Below are positions 16,894-26,500 of a stretch of DNA of 60,015 nt, piece after piece. Under the pieces are notes generated by a model, which was not told the origin of the DNA, searched no databases, and saw nothing but the letters and a program-made list of their open reading frames with translations. The stretch is from a virus (taxonomy: Duplodnaviria > Caudoviricetes). The translations under genes and the position numbers were made by a program. The stretch spans positions 1 to 60,015 of IMG/VR virus record IMGVR_UViG_3300044621_001273; one strand, given 5' to 3'. Every line of letters begins with the position of its first letter. Position 1 is the stretch's first letter.

Positions 16894-18056
16894 CAGACCT
16901 TGTCCTTCCGCGTCACGTTAAGAAAGTTGGCAACGACTTTTATTATGACCCCCCGCACAAAGCCGTTGTTGCTGGTGCTGTAAAGCGCAAGAGGAGCAAA
17001 GACTATGATGCAATAGTCAAGCACGCTGCTTTCTACAACGACAAATATGTCGAGTGGATAAAGGTGAGAGAAGAAACTCGACGCACCTACAAAGAAGGCA
17101 GAGTGACACATCTCATCAACAGCTATCTCAACAGCACAGACTATTGTGCTTTGACGCCCGGTGTCAAGAAACAATACAACATTGTTCTTCACCTGTGGCA
17201 GCACAAGCGAATTGGCGGTGTTGAATTTTTTAATGCAAAGATAGACTTCATCACAGCACCATTGGTACAGCGTATGTACGAACAGGAGTTGAAGTCTGGA
17301 TCAAGGCCGCTACAGACCAACCAGATCATTTCTGTACATCGATCTGTATGGAACTGGGGCATTCGTCATGGCTTCACCACATTGAATCCCTTCAGCCACA
17401 TCAAGAAAATATCTGTTGCTGCCAGGAAGATGATGTGGCAGCGCTCACAGGTGTTGTCGGTGTTGAATGCTGCATTCAGCAAATGGGAATGGAGAAGTGC
17501 TGGCATCATCTTTTATTGTCTCTATGAATGGGGACAGCGTGTCAGCGACATCCTCAATCTCAAGTGGTCCTCTGTTGACCTGAAGAATAAAACAGTGACG
17601 ATACAGCAGAGCAAGAAAGGCGTCACTGTACGCTTGCCAATTTCTGATGGTCTTGCTAACATCCTTCAGCAGCAGTACAAAGAACATCCCTGCCGCACCT
17701 ATGTTGCTCCTCGACATCGTTCTGCGGACAAACGCGATTGGGTGCCTTACACTATCGTCACCATCATGTATCACTTCAGAGAAATATGCGAGGTTGCTGG
17801 CATCCCTCAGGAGCTACAGCTTCGTGATCTTCGACGCACAGCCATCACTGAAGTCATTGAGAATGGTGGTGACCTGTTGACAGTGATGATGATGTCAGGG
17901 CACCAGAACGCTGCTAGTGTGTCTCCGTACTTTGTCCATACGCTGAAGGGCTCAACCAAGGCCCAACAGATCCGAGAGTTTCCATCAACTCTTATCAATC
18001 CCAACCTGCTAAAGGAAACGATGAATGAAAAATTTTCTGCAATTGCAGCAGCTTGA
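16890..18056 (+). CDS. Tyrosine recombinase / integrase
   Basis: GQRVSDIL (Arg), QSKKG (Lys), LRDLRRTA, SGH, and Tyr in VSPYF; 388 aa. Confidence 0.9.
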   Translation: MTDLVLPRHVKKVGNDFYYDPPHKAVVAGAVKRKRSKDYDAIVKHAAFYNDKYVEWIKVREETRRTYKEGRVTHLINSYLNSTDYCALTPGVKKQYNIVLHLWQHKRIGGVEFFNAKIDFITAPLVQRMYEQELKSGSRPLQTNQIISVHRSVWNWGIRHGFTTLNPFSHIKKISVAARKMMWQRSQVLSVLNAAFSKWEWRSAGIIFYCLYEWGQRVSDILNLKWSSVDLKNKTVTIQQSKKGVTVRLPISDGLANILQQQYKEHPCRTYVAPRHRSADKRDWVPYTIVTIMYHFREICEVAGIPQELQLRDLRRTAITEVIENGGDLLTVMMMSGHQNAASVSPYFVHTLKGSTKAQQIREFPSTLINPNLLKETMNEKFSAIAAA

Positions 18057-18279
18057 AGACCCCATCATGCATATGTGGTCTTTGGACCAGGACGTTCAAC
18101 TTATTCGTAAGGCTCTTCTTGATCGAGAAGAAACACCGAGTGAGGATGACATTGACAACTATCTACTTGCCATCATCAGCCTTATCAACCTGCGTTGTGG
18201 CGAGTTGATGAATGTCTATGAAGGTCTGCTGAAGGAGATGCACAGCCATGGGCGTAAAGAGTGTGACGATATGCTGTGA
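18025..18279 (+). CDS. Hypothetical protein
   Basis: AAGGA SD; 84-aa helical ORF. Confidence 0.55.
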   Translation: MKNFLQLQQLEDPIMHMWSLDQDVQLIRKALLDREETPSEDDIDNYLLAIISLINLRCGELMNVYEGLLKEMHSHGRKECDDML

Positions 18280-18838
18280 GGATGCCTATGAGGCTTCTCA
18301 CATGCTAGACTGGTTCAAATACTATGCCACTTGTGAAGACATCCGTGAACACATCAAAGGAAGACTCAAGCATTGTGATCTCACCAAAGAAGCAGACGAC
18401 GAACTCGGCGCTGTTGCGGCTCTCCTCTACCCCCGTGAAGAGGAATGAGCATTGGCCTTTCCTGTACTATCAAGACAGTGAAGGGAAGATGTGGCACAAC
18501 CCTGTGAAGCAGTGTAGTGAGTATGTTGCTTCACAGCGGTATGTCGGAGAAGCACTGCTATGAAGAACGATGACGATGACGAAGACTACACCTTCATCAT
18601 TCTTCTGGTGGCTTTGATGGCTGCGTGGTATTCAGCGATGTATATGGGTGGTTTCTATGGTGGAAGTTAAGACAGCAGCAGAGATAGCTGCTGAGAGGGT
18701 TCAGCAGGTAACGTCACCATCTGGTGGTGTATCTGTTGATGACTATCGTCTGTTCAAGGAAGACACCATCAGACACATCAAAGAATTGAGGACAGCCATA
18801 AAGGCTTTACAAAGATCACTAGATAAGAAACAACAACA

Positions 18839-20449
18839 ATGACATTCGTCAGGCTACACGTTAGCTGCTCAGATTGTGGCAGCAGCGATGCACGTAGCAT
18901 CAACGAAGACGGCAGCAGCTTTTGCTTTGCATGTAATACGTTTACAGAAAGTGATGGCTCTGCCGTCATTCCTTCCACGTCAAAGAAAAGGATGAATGTG
19001 AACCTTGCACCAATATTTGAGGACAACGAAGCCTGCTCTGTCACAGACAGGCGTCTTACTCGATCAACGTTGGAGCGCTATGGTGTTGTCAAAGACAAGA
19101 CCAATTTCTATTTTCCCTACCATGACAAGGACGGCACTCTCGTTGCTGCCAAGGTCAGGGCTGTTGCTGAGAAGAAGTTTCACAGCATTGGAGAGCCTGC
19201 ACAAGCTGCGTTGTTTGGACAACATCTCTACAGCAACGGTGGTAAGTACGTCACCATCACTGAAGGTGAGTTTGATGCTCTAGCGGCCTTCCAAGCCACA
19301 GGAAGCAAATGGGCTGTCGTCAGCATCCGCAGTGGTGCTGCGGGTGCCTTGAAAGATTGCAAAGCCTCGTATGAATGGCTCAACAGTTTCGAGTCCATCG
19401 TCATCTGCTTTGACAACGATGAGCCAGGCAAGAAAGCAGCGAAGGAAGTAGCAGAGCTTTTCGGCAACAAAGCAAAGGTGTTTAAGCACGACGTCGATAT
19501 GAAAGACGCCTGTGATTACACCGCTGCAAACAAAGAGGCTATATTCGTTCAACGCTGGTGGGCTGCTGAAGCCTACATCCCCGATGGCATTGTTGCTGGC
19601 AACACGTTGTGGGATTTGGTGTCTACACCACCAGCACCAGCACAATGTATGTATCCATGGGATGGGTTGAATAAACTCACCTATGGCATTCGACATGGTG
19701 AACTTGTTACCATCACTGCTGGCAGTGGGTTGGGGAAGAGTCAGCTACTGCGTGAAATCGTTTGGCATTTGTTGGGGAATACAGATGAGAATGTTGGGTT
19801 GATGTTCATGGAGGAAGGCATCAGGAAGACTGGTCTTTCGATGATGTCTCTTGCAGCGAACAAGCCTCTACATCTCCCAGACACCATCAGCGATGAAGAA
19901 GAAAGAAAGGACGCTTTTGAAAGAACGTTGGGCACAGGTCGTCTGTATCTGTTCAACCACTTCGGATCAAACAACATTGACACCATCGTCAACCGTGTGC
20001 GCTATCTAGCAAAAGCCCTCAACTGCAAATACATTGCCCTAGATCATATATCTCTGGTGGTGTCTTCGCAAGAGAACGGTGATGAGAGAAAAGCCATTGA
20101 TGAGTTGATGACGAAGCTACGAATGGTTGTCCAGGAAACCTTCATCACCTTGTTTGTGGTGTCACACCTGAAGCGCCCTGATGGTGGTAAAGGACACGAA
20201 GAAGGCGCGGTGACAAGCCTTGCTCAGCTTCGTGGCAGTGCCAGCATTGCACAGCTTAGTGACATGGTGATTGGTCTTGAGCGAAACGGACAAGCAGAAG
20301 ACTTGATGGAGAGGAACACCACAAGGCTTCGTGTGATGAAGAACAGGTACAACGGCGACTGTGGCCCTGCCTGTGCCTTGCTCTACAACCGACAAACAGG
20401 TAGGATGTTGGAAGTTGAGGATGTTGAGAGTGAGGAAAATGTCTTGTAA
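18839..20449 (+). CDS. T7 gp4-like DNA primase-helicase
   Basis: Zn ribbon CSDCGSSD...CFAC, TOPRIM ITEGEFDA and FDND, Walker A AGSGLGKS, LRGSASIAQLSD, KNR. Confidence 0.97.
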   Translation: MTFVRLHVSCSDCGSSDARSINEDGSSFCFACNTFTESDGSAVIPSTSKKRMNVNLAPIFEDNEACSVTDRRLTRSTLERYGVVKDKTNFYFPYHDKDGTLVAAKVRAVAEKKFHSIGEPAQAALFGQHLYSNGGKYVTITEGEFDALAAFQATGSKWAVVSIRSGAAGALKDCKASYEWLNSFESIVICFDNDEPGKKAAKEVAELFGNKAKVFKHDVDMKDACDYTAANKEAIFVQRWWAAEAYIPDGIVAGNTLWDLVSTPPAPAQCMYPWDGLNKLTYGIRHGELVTITAGSGLGKSQLLREIVWHLLGNTDENVGLMFMEEGIRKTGLSMMSLAANKPLHLPDTISDEEERKDAFERTLGTGRLYLFNHFGSNNIDTIVNRVRYLAKALNCKYIALDHISLVVSSQENGDERKAIDELMTKLRMVVQETFITLFVVSHLKRPDGGKGHEEGAVTSLAQLRGSASIAQLSDMVIGLERNGQAEDLMERNTTRLRVMKNRYNGDCGPACALLYNRQTGRMLEVEDVESEENVL

Positions 20450-20472
20450 TAAGTATTAGATCATGCTATAAC
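20444..20472 (+). promoter_or_regulatory. Sigma-70-like promoter upstream of the free-standing endonuclease
   Basis: TTGTAA-N17-TATAAC with extended TG. Confidence 0.6.
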
Positions 20473-20516
20473 AGCATCTGGTCAACATATAAAGACCGAA
20501 CTAAAGGAGTGATCAG

Positions 20517-21011
20517 ATGCTTACTTGTAGAAAGTGCAAAAAAGAACTACCACCAGAAAAATTTGGTATTGTATACAAAACCCTAGCAACGGGGGAGAGA
20601 AAAGGATACAGACAAACTGCTTGTATGGTTTGTTGGAGAAACAGCTATTTAAGCAGAGAAGGAAAAAGAGACATACATCGAGAAGGTAGTAAAAACTGGT
20701 ACTACAACAACCCTGAAAAAGCTAAAGAACAAAGACTCAGAAAATATAAAATAAGCCTTGAAGAATACAATTTGATGAGGCTACAACAAGAATACAAATG
20801 CGCCATATGTGAAAGAAGTGAACAAGAAGTTGAACAAGGAAGAGCCAAGAGCACTGAAACAGCTTTACAAGTAGATCATTGCCACACTACAGGTGCTGTA
20901 AGGGGTTTACTCTGTACTAACTGCAACACAATGCTTGGTAAATCAAAAGACAATGTAGGTGTGCTTCAAAAAGCAATTGAATACCTACGCGACAAGGAAA
21001 CAGTGCTATGA
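20517..21011 (+). CDS. Endonuclease VII-family free-standing (homing) endonuclease
   Basis: CAIC...VDHCHTTGAVRGLLCTNCNTMLG; more AT-rich than its flanks. Confidence 0.9.
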   Translation: MLTCRKCKKELPPEKFGIVYKTLATGERKGYRQTACMVCWRNSYLSREGKRDIHREGSKNWYYNNPEKAKEQRLRKYKISLEEYNLMRLQQEYKCAICERSEQEVEQGRAKSTETALQVDHCHTTGAVRGLLCTNCNTMLGKSKDNVGVLQKAIEYLRDKETVL

Positions 21012-21232
21012 ATGACATCTTCTACGCCCTAGCCAAAGAAGCTGAGACACTGGCTTATGCTGAGCTTCTAGGTATGCCAAAGACCTCCCATCCTTGGGAG
21101 GACATCTTCAGACAGAAGTATGGGGAGCTTGTTGTGAACAAATGTGTTTTACTTGGCAATTTCGCATATGAAAGTGACACGTATCCGGGCGCTGTCATTA
21201 AAGAACATTTTGAAATGGAGGTAGTGAAATGA
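21008..21232 (+). CDS. Hypothetical protein, tandem paralog 1
   Basis: KYGELVVNKC...IKEHFEME. Confidence 0.65.
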   Translation: MNDIFYALAKEAETLAYAELLGMPKTSHPWEDIFRQKYGELVVNKCVLLGNFAYESDTYPGAVIKEHFEMEVVK

Positions 21233-21447
21233 ACAACGACATCATTGAAACTCTAGTGAAAGAGACTGACAATGAGATGGGATATCATTTTCCTGTCTAT
21301 GCGGCAGACGATCTAGAGTGGGAAAAGAAGTTTGCTGAGGCCATTGTCAACCTGTGTGCTGCCATTGCGCACCACCACTGCCGATGGCATGGACACACAG
21401 CGGCTCAGGAAATGAAACAACATTTTGGAATGGAAGAAACAAAATGA
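21229..21447 (+). CDS. Hypothetical protein, tandem paralog 2
   Basis: KFAEAIVNLC...MKQHFGME. Confidence 0.65.
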   Translation: MNNDIIETLVKETDNEMGYHFPVYAADDLEWEKKFAEAIVNLCAAIAHHHCRWHGHTAAQEMKQHFGMEETK

Positions 21448-21617
21448 CACCACAACAAACTTTAGAAGAAGTGTTAGCGTTCCTACGCATCATGCATGAA
21501 ACGTCAAAACACAATCACAACTATTACGCCCATGCAGCGCTGCGTTTGAACGAACACTTCCACGGACACGGTGGCATCTTCACCAACGACACAGAGAAGC
21601 GAAAGCCCTACACATGA
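21444..21617 (+). CDS. Hypothetical protein
   Basis: ATGA overlaps on both sides. Confidence 0.55.
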   Translation: MTPQQTLEEVLAFLRIMHETSKHNHNYYAHAALRLNEHFHGHGGIFTNDTEKRKPYT

Positions 21618-23431
21618 TCTTTCTCGACATCGAGACAAATCTGAAGCATGACACCATCTGGCTTTGTGTGACAAAGAAAGACGGAGTCACCAGAACTTGG
21701 AAGGAAAGGACAGGACTACAGAACTATCTCGATGGTGAAGAAGTGTGTGCCCATAACGGCATTGGGTTTGACTTCCCTGTGCTGGAGAGGGTGTGGAAGG
21801 TGTGGATACCTCAGCATCAGCAGGTTGATACGTTGGTGATGTCTAGGCTGTACAACCCAGAGCTACTACCGCCTGAGGAAGATCCAAAGGCTGGTAAGCA
21901 TTCGCTGAAGAGTTGGGGCATCCGCTTTGGAAACGCCAAAGGCGATTTCACTGACTTTGATGGTGGTTGGTCACAGGAGATGGAAGACTATTGCGTTCAA
22001 GACGTCAACGTCCTCGAGCAGCTATACAACCATCTTAAGGAAGAGATGAAGTCTATGGGCTTCAACGACAAGAGCATTGAACTAGAACACCAAGTTGCTC
22101 ACATCTGCAAAAGGATGGAAGACAATGGATATTCGCTGGATGTCCCGAAAGCTCAAACTCTTATGGCTTCATTGTCAGGTCGAATGGCTGACATTGAGAA
22201 TCGCCTACAAGACGTATGTCCACCGACGTATGAGGAAACTAAGACACCGGAATATTGGGAAGTAGTTGATGAGAAATGGCGTGAGCATAAGGCACCAACG
22301 AAGACAGCGCTGCTAGAGATGCTGAAGGAAGCCGGTGTTGACAAGCCTAACAAGCTCATCAAGGAAGCTCTGCCAGGCCCGTTGAAGGTAAAGGTACATC
22401 CATTCAATCCTGGCAGCAGGCAACAAATTGCAGAGCGTCTTCAATCCTTTGGTGTTGAGCTAACAGAGAAGACAGAGAAGGGCTCTTGGATAATTAATGA
22501 AGATGTCCTAGCAGGCATTGACAAGCCTGAGGCTAAGCTGCTCAATGAATATTTGATGGTTCAGAAGAGGGTGTCAATGATCAGTAGCTGGCTTGATGCT
22601 GTGCAGGACGACGGCAAGGTTCATGGCTCCATCATCACCTGTGGTGCTGTCACTGGTAGAGCTACACACAGCAGCCCCAACATGGCACAGATTCCTAACG
22701 TGTCTTCACCGTATGGACCAGAGTGCAGAGAAGTGTGGTATGCAGGTAAAGGACGCAGCCAAGTCGGTGTTGACTTGAGTGGCATTGAGCTACGCTGTCT
22801 TGCTCACTATCTGAACGATGATGGTTGGACAAATGAGTTGTTGAAGGGTGATGTGCATTGGATGAATGCACAGAGCTTTGGGCTGGTGCCTAAGGGGACG
22901 GTGAAGGAAGACAACGCAGAGCACAAGCGCATCCGCAATCTAACAAAGACGTTGACTTATGGGGTGTTGTATGGTGCTGGTGCTGAGAAGGCAGGCTCTA
23001 TTGTTGGTGTGAGCAGCACCAAAGGAAAGAAGCTCATCGACAACTTCATCAACAACACACCCGGCCTTGCTCCTCTGAAGCAGAAGCTGTCTAAGTTTGT
23101 GAAGAAGGGTCATGTGCCAGGCTTGGATGGCCGTCGCATTCGCATCAGAAGCGACCATGCTGCGTTGAATACGTTGCTCCAAGGGGCAGGTGCCATCATC
23201 GCCAAGCAATGGCTTGTAGAGGCTGATAGGCTGCTCCGTGAGCACAACGTAGACGCTAAGCTGATGGCGTGGGTGCATGACGAAGTTCAATATTCTGTGT
23301 TGCCCGCACAGGCAGAGCAGGCGGCTAGGCTCATTGAAAAAGCTGCCAACATTGCTGGTGAGGTGCTACAATTTCGCTGCCCTGTTGACGCCGAAGGTAA
23401 ATGTGGGGCAAACTGGCGAGAATGTCATTGA
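21614..23431 (+). CDS. polA: Family A DNA polymerase with 3'-5' exonuclease
   Basis: Exo motifs DIET, HNGIGFD, YCVQD; TGR, motif A DLSGIELR, motif B KTLTYGVLYG, motif C VHDE. Confidence 0.97.
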   Translation: MIFLDIETNLKHDTIWLCVTKKDGVTRTWKERTGLQNYLDGEEVCAHNGIGFDFPVLERVWKVWIPQHQQVDTLVMSRLYNPELLPPEEDPKAGKHSLKSWGIRFGNAKGDFTDFDGGWSQEMEDYCVQDVNVLEQLYNHLKEEMKSMGFNDKSIELEHQVAHICKRMEDNGYSLDVPKAQTLMASLSGRMADIENRLQDVCPPTYEETKTPEYWEVVDEKWREHKAPTKTALLEMLKEAGVDKPNKLIKEALPGPLKVKVHPFNPGSRQQIAERLQSFGVELTEKTEKGSWIINEDVLAGIDKPEAKLLNEYLMVQKRVSMISSWLDAVQDDGKVHGSIITCGAVTGRATHSSPNMAQIPNVSSPYGPECREVWYAGKGRSQVGVDLSGIELRCLAHYLNDDGWTNELLKGDVHWMNAQSFGLVPKGTVKEDNAEHKRIRNLTKTLTYGVLYGAGAEKAGSIVGVSSTKGKKLIDNFINNTPGLAPLKQKLSKFVKKGHVPGLDGRRIRIRSDHAALNTLLQGAGAIIAKQWLVEADRLLREHNVDAKLMAWVHDEVQYSVLPAQAEQAARLIEKAANIAGEVLQFRCPVDAEGKCGANWRECH

Positions 23432-23445
23432 TGCTTGATCGGTTG

Positions 23446-23549
23446 CCTGTGTTGTAGATACAGCACAGAAGGCTCGGACATCCGGGCGGCAGCAACGCTG
23501 GACTATCGTAACCAGCAACACGAAGCCACAGCGTGTTCAATTCTGTGGC
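23446..23549 (+). promoter_or_regulatory. Structured ssb leader: two hairpins plus an H-type pseudoknot
   Basis: AACACG(23517-22)/CGTGTT(23532-37) and GCCACAG(23525-31)/CTGTGGC(23543-49) are perfectly complementary and interleaved. Confidence 0.65.
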
Positions 23550-23568
23550 ACAACTTGAGGAAGTGAAA

Positions 23569-23961
23569 ATGGATTCAGTAAAGCTCAAAGCTGTTGTGAT
23601 GTGGTGTCAGAACAAGGAACCGAATGAGATGTCTGGTAAGTATCAGATCAACCTCACTCAACTCTCTGACGCTGCTGTTGAGGCTCTGGAGAAGCTCAAC
23701 ATTGAGGTGAAGGAAAAGGACGACAGCGGTAAGTACATCACTTGCAAGTCTTCTACTCCCATCAAAGTCTTGGACGAAGACGGTGATGAGATCAACGAGA
23801 AGATCGGCAATGGCAGCAAGGCCAAATGCATTGTCACTAGCTATGAATGGAAGTACAAGAATAAGAAAGGCGTGTCCCCTTCGCTGAAGAAGATTGTCAT
23901 CACTGAACTCATTGAGTTCGGCGGTGCTGGTGGAACCATTGACGACGACGAAGCTCTCTGA
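23569..23961 (+). CDS. Single-stranded DNA-binding protein (gp2.5-like)
   Basis: Between pol and exonuclease; SGKY, IGNGSK motifs; acidic C-terminus IDDDEAL; GAGG SD. Confidence 0.75.
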   Translation: MDSVKLKAVVMWCQNKEPNEMSGKYQINLTQLSDAAVEALEKLNIEVKEKDDSGKYITCKSSTPIKVLDEDGDEINEKIGNGSKAKCIVTSYEWKYKNKKGVSPSLKKIVITELIEFGGAGGTIDDDEAL

Positions 23962-24121
23962 TGTTTCGCATCAAACTGCCGTCTGAAGAGGATGTGTCTG
24001 TCCTTATTCAAGCTCTGAGAATGATTGGCAAGCATCATCTTGCTGGCTACATCGTTCAACAGATGCAAGAGCAACAAGGACACATCATTGATGACGCTAA
24101 GTTGGTGCGAGAGGTGAAAGA

Positions 24122-24820
24122 GTGATAGCGCTCCTGGACGCTGACACTATGGCGTATAGGGCAGCAGCGGCGTGTGAAGAAGAAGACGTCAAAGTTGCCT
24201 ATCACACTGTAGACAGCATCGTAACAGGAGCGTTGTTATCGTGCGACTACGTTGATAGATGGTATGACCAATGGAAGCTGTATCTATCTGGAGACACCAA
24301 CTTCAGAAAAGCCATAGCCACCACTGCACCATACAAAGGCAACAGAACACAGCCTAAGCCAAAGCATCTGAAGAAGGTGAAGGCTTATTTGAAGAAGCAA
24401 TGGAAGGCTGTTGTTGCTGTCAACGAGGAAGCAGATGACCTCATCGCCATCGAATCAACCAAGCTACAACATCAATGCTGCATCATCAGCGTTGATAAAG
24501 ACTTCAAGCAAATACCTACTCACTTCTACAACTACGTCAAACGAGAACATCTCTTCATCACTCCCGATGAAGCCATCAAATTCTTCTATCAACAAATCTT
24601 GATGGGAGATTCTGCTGACAACATCATCGGCATCAGAGGCGTTGGTCCTGTGAAGGCTGCTAGGATGTTGGAGGAAATCAGCACAGAAGTAGATATGTTC
24701 AATGTCTGTGTTGAAGCCTATGAAGGAAACGTAGACAGAGTTGTTGAGAATGGTAGGCTGCTCTGGCTTAGGCGCTACAAAGGACAAATGTGGACACCAC
24801 CGACAAAGGAACAACAGTGA
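24122..24820 (+). CDS. 5'-3' exonuclease / RNase H (T7 gp6-like)
   Basis: LLDADT, NFR...YKGNR, EADD, DKD, GDSADNIIGIRGVGP. Confidence 0.93.
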   Translation: MIALLDADTMAYRAAAACEEEDVKVAYHTVDSIVTGALLSCDYVDRWYDQWKLYLSGDTNFRKAIATTAPYKGNRTQPKPKHLKKVKAYLKKQWKAVVAVNEEADDLIAIESTKLQHQCCIISVDKDFKQIPTHFYNYVKREHLFITPDEAIKFFYQQILMGDSADNIIGIRGVGPVKAARMLEEISTEVDMFNVCVEAYEGNVDRVVENGRLLWLRRYKGQMWTPPTKEQQ

Positions 24821-25077
24821 AGGACAATGTCAATCATCCTCCACACTACACCGCCCATCCCAGCGGAATTGAGTGCATAGAAGTGACAGAGCACATGAGC
24901 TTCTGTGTAGGTAACGCTGTCAAATATCTATGGCGTGCTGATCACAAAGGCAACGACATTGAAGACCTACGTAAAGCCGCCTGGTACATCAACAGGGAGA
25001 TTGAGCGTAGGGAGGAGGAAGGGCTTGTCACTATTCCTGACCTTCCTATCCGCAGCACAGAACCCTTTGGATGGTGA
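24817..25077 (+). CDS. DUF3310 protein (T7 gp1.7-like nucleotide kinase family)
   Basis: DNVNHPPHY...IECI...GNAVKYLWR...EDLRKAAWY. Confidence 0.85.
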   Translation: MKDNVNHPPHYTAHPSGIECIEVTEHMSFCVGNAVKYLWRADHKGNDIEDLRKAAWYINREIERREEEGLVTIPDLPIRSTEPFGW

Positions 25078-25445
25078 AGCTACGCAACAGCGGACAATGG
25101 ACAGAGGCTAGGTTCCGTAGCTTTGTTGTCAGTGCTTTACGTTCAGCATCTCATCGGTGGCCTGTCAAATGGCGTGTGCTGAAGGATGCTGAAGTAGGTA
25201 GACAGATTAACAAAGACACTGGTAAACTAGCCCTGCACTATCGATGTGCTCAATGCAGCGGTGTCTTTACATCAAAGAACATTGCTGTAGACCACATCGA
25301 TCCTGTTGTTGACCCTAAGCAGGGCTTTGTCAGTTGGGACGTATTCATCGAAAGGTTGTACGTCGAAATGGACAAATTGCAGGTGCTTTGTAAAGAATGC
25401 CACACAAAGAAGACACTTCTTGAACGAAAGGAAAGAAAGAAATGA
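25071..25445 (+). CDS. HNH endonuclease
   Basis: CAQC...VDHIDPV...LQVLCKECHTKKT. Confidence 0.85.
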   Translation: MVKLRNSGQWTEARFRSFVVSALRSASHRWPVKWRVLKDAEVGRQINKDTGKLALHYRCAQCSGVFTSKNIAVDHIDPVVDPKQGFVSWDVFIERLYVEMDKLQVLCKECHTKKTLLERKERKK

Positions 25446-25696
25446 ACGACATCACACTAAAGCTGGACTACGACATAGCCTATGGACTCTTCAAAACGCT
25501 ACTCAAGCGAGACTACTTTGAATTGAAGGAAGAAGCTGAAGGCGATGATTTTGAGAACAAGCACCCCGAAGATCAGCTTGTGACGTTGAGGACGATGAAG
25601 GGAATGGAAGTATTGTTTGACTACTACTTCACCAGCGATGAAGCACAAGACATCAAGAACGGCATCGATCCTGAAGACCGCTACATCCGCACCTAA
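25442..25696 (+). CDS. Hypothetical protein
   Basis: ATGA-coupled ORF. Confidence 0.6.
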   Translation: MNDITLKLDYDIAYGLFKTLLKRDYFELKEEAEGDDFENKHPEDQLVTLRTMKGMEVLFDYYFTSDEAQDIKNGIDPEDRYIRT

Positions 25697-25707
25697 GGAG
25701 AACAGAG

Positions 25708-25911
25708 ATGAAGATTCATGAAGTTGTTGAACAGGAAGACGGCAGTGCTTTGCTGATCTATGAATTGACTTCTGAAGAAGTACAGCTCATTCTTAGTACC
25801 ACCATCACAAAAGCCCTGACAGAGTTTGTTGAAAAGATGGACAAGGCTACAGTTTCTATTAAGGAAGTAGACGATGACGGCAAGAGCGAAGCTGATCTGG
25901 GCAACGCCTAA
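25708..25911 (+). CDS. Hypothetical protein
   Basis: AAGGAG SD; EQEDGSA motif. Confidence 0.6.
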   Translation: MKIHEVVEQEDGSALLIYELTSEEVQLILSTTITKALTEFVEKMDKATVSIKEVDDDGKSEADLGNA

Positions 25912-26500
25912 CCTAGAGAGCGTCGTTGCCTATTGTGCTCGGGTAAGCAATCCCAGCAATCAAAGCAACGACGCAACAGCAGGTAAGTTGTTGCGCTATT
26001 GCATGAAGCATGGACATTGGTCTGTGTTTGAAATGGGCAACATCTGTATAGAACTGGAAACAACAAGAGACATTGCTAGGCAGATTCTTCGACATCGCAG
26101 CTTCAGCTTTCAAGAGTTTAGCCAGCGCTATGCTGAAGTCACTGACTACAGCGTCGGTGAAGCCAGGCTACAAGACAACAAGAACAGACAAAATTCCATC
26201 CCCACTGAAGACCGAGAGCTAACACGCTGGTGGACAGAGCAGCAAGTGTCGGTGTGGATCAAGGCTAGACAGGCTTATGAGCAAGCGCTGGCAAATGGTG
26301 TAGCAAAGGAAGTGGCTCGGAAGGTGTTGCCTGAAGGGCTGACGATGTCGAGGATGTATGTCAATGGTACAGTACGAAGCTGGTTGCATTACATTGATGT
26401 TCGATGTGATGTTGCTACACAAAAGGAGCACAGAGATGTAGCAGAGCAGTGTAAAGAAATTGTCTACAATCTTTTACCTTCATTAAAGGAGAAGGTGTGA
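25874..26500 (+). CDS. thyX: Flavin-dependent thymidylate synthase
   Basis: GHWSVFE, RHRSFSFQEFSQRY, TQKEHR. Confidence 0.96.
   Translation: MTARAKLIWATPNLESVVAYCARVSNPSNQSNDATAGKLLRYCMKHGHWSVFEMGNICIELETTRDIARQILRHRSFSFQEFSQRYAEVTDYSVGEARLQDNKNRQNSIPTEDRELTRWWTEQQVSVWIKARQAYEQALANGVAKEVARKVLPEGLTMSRMYVNGTVRSWLHYIDVRCDVATQKEHRDVAEQCKEIVYNLLPSLKEKV

Noticed and set aside
18640-18720. TCCACCA on the - strand as a tRNA/tmRNA-derived attP core
   Set aside because: Only about 7 nt match and there is no T-arm sequence; this is expected by chance.
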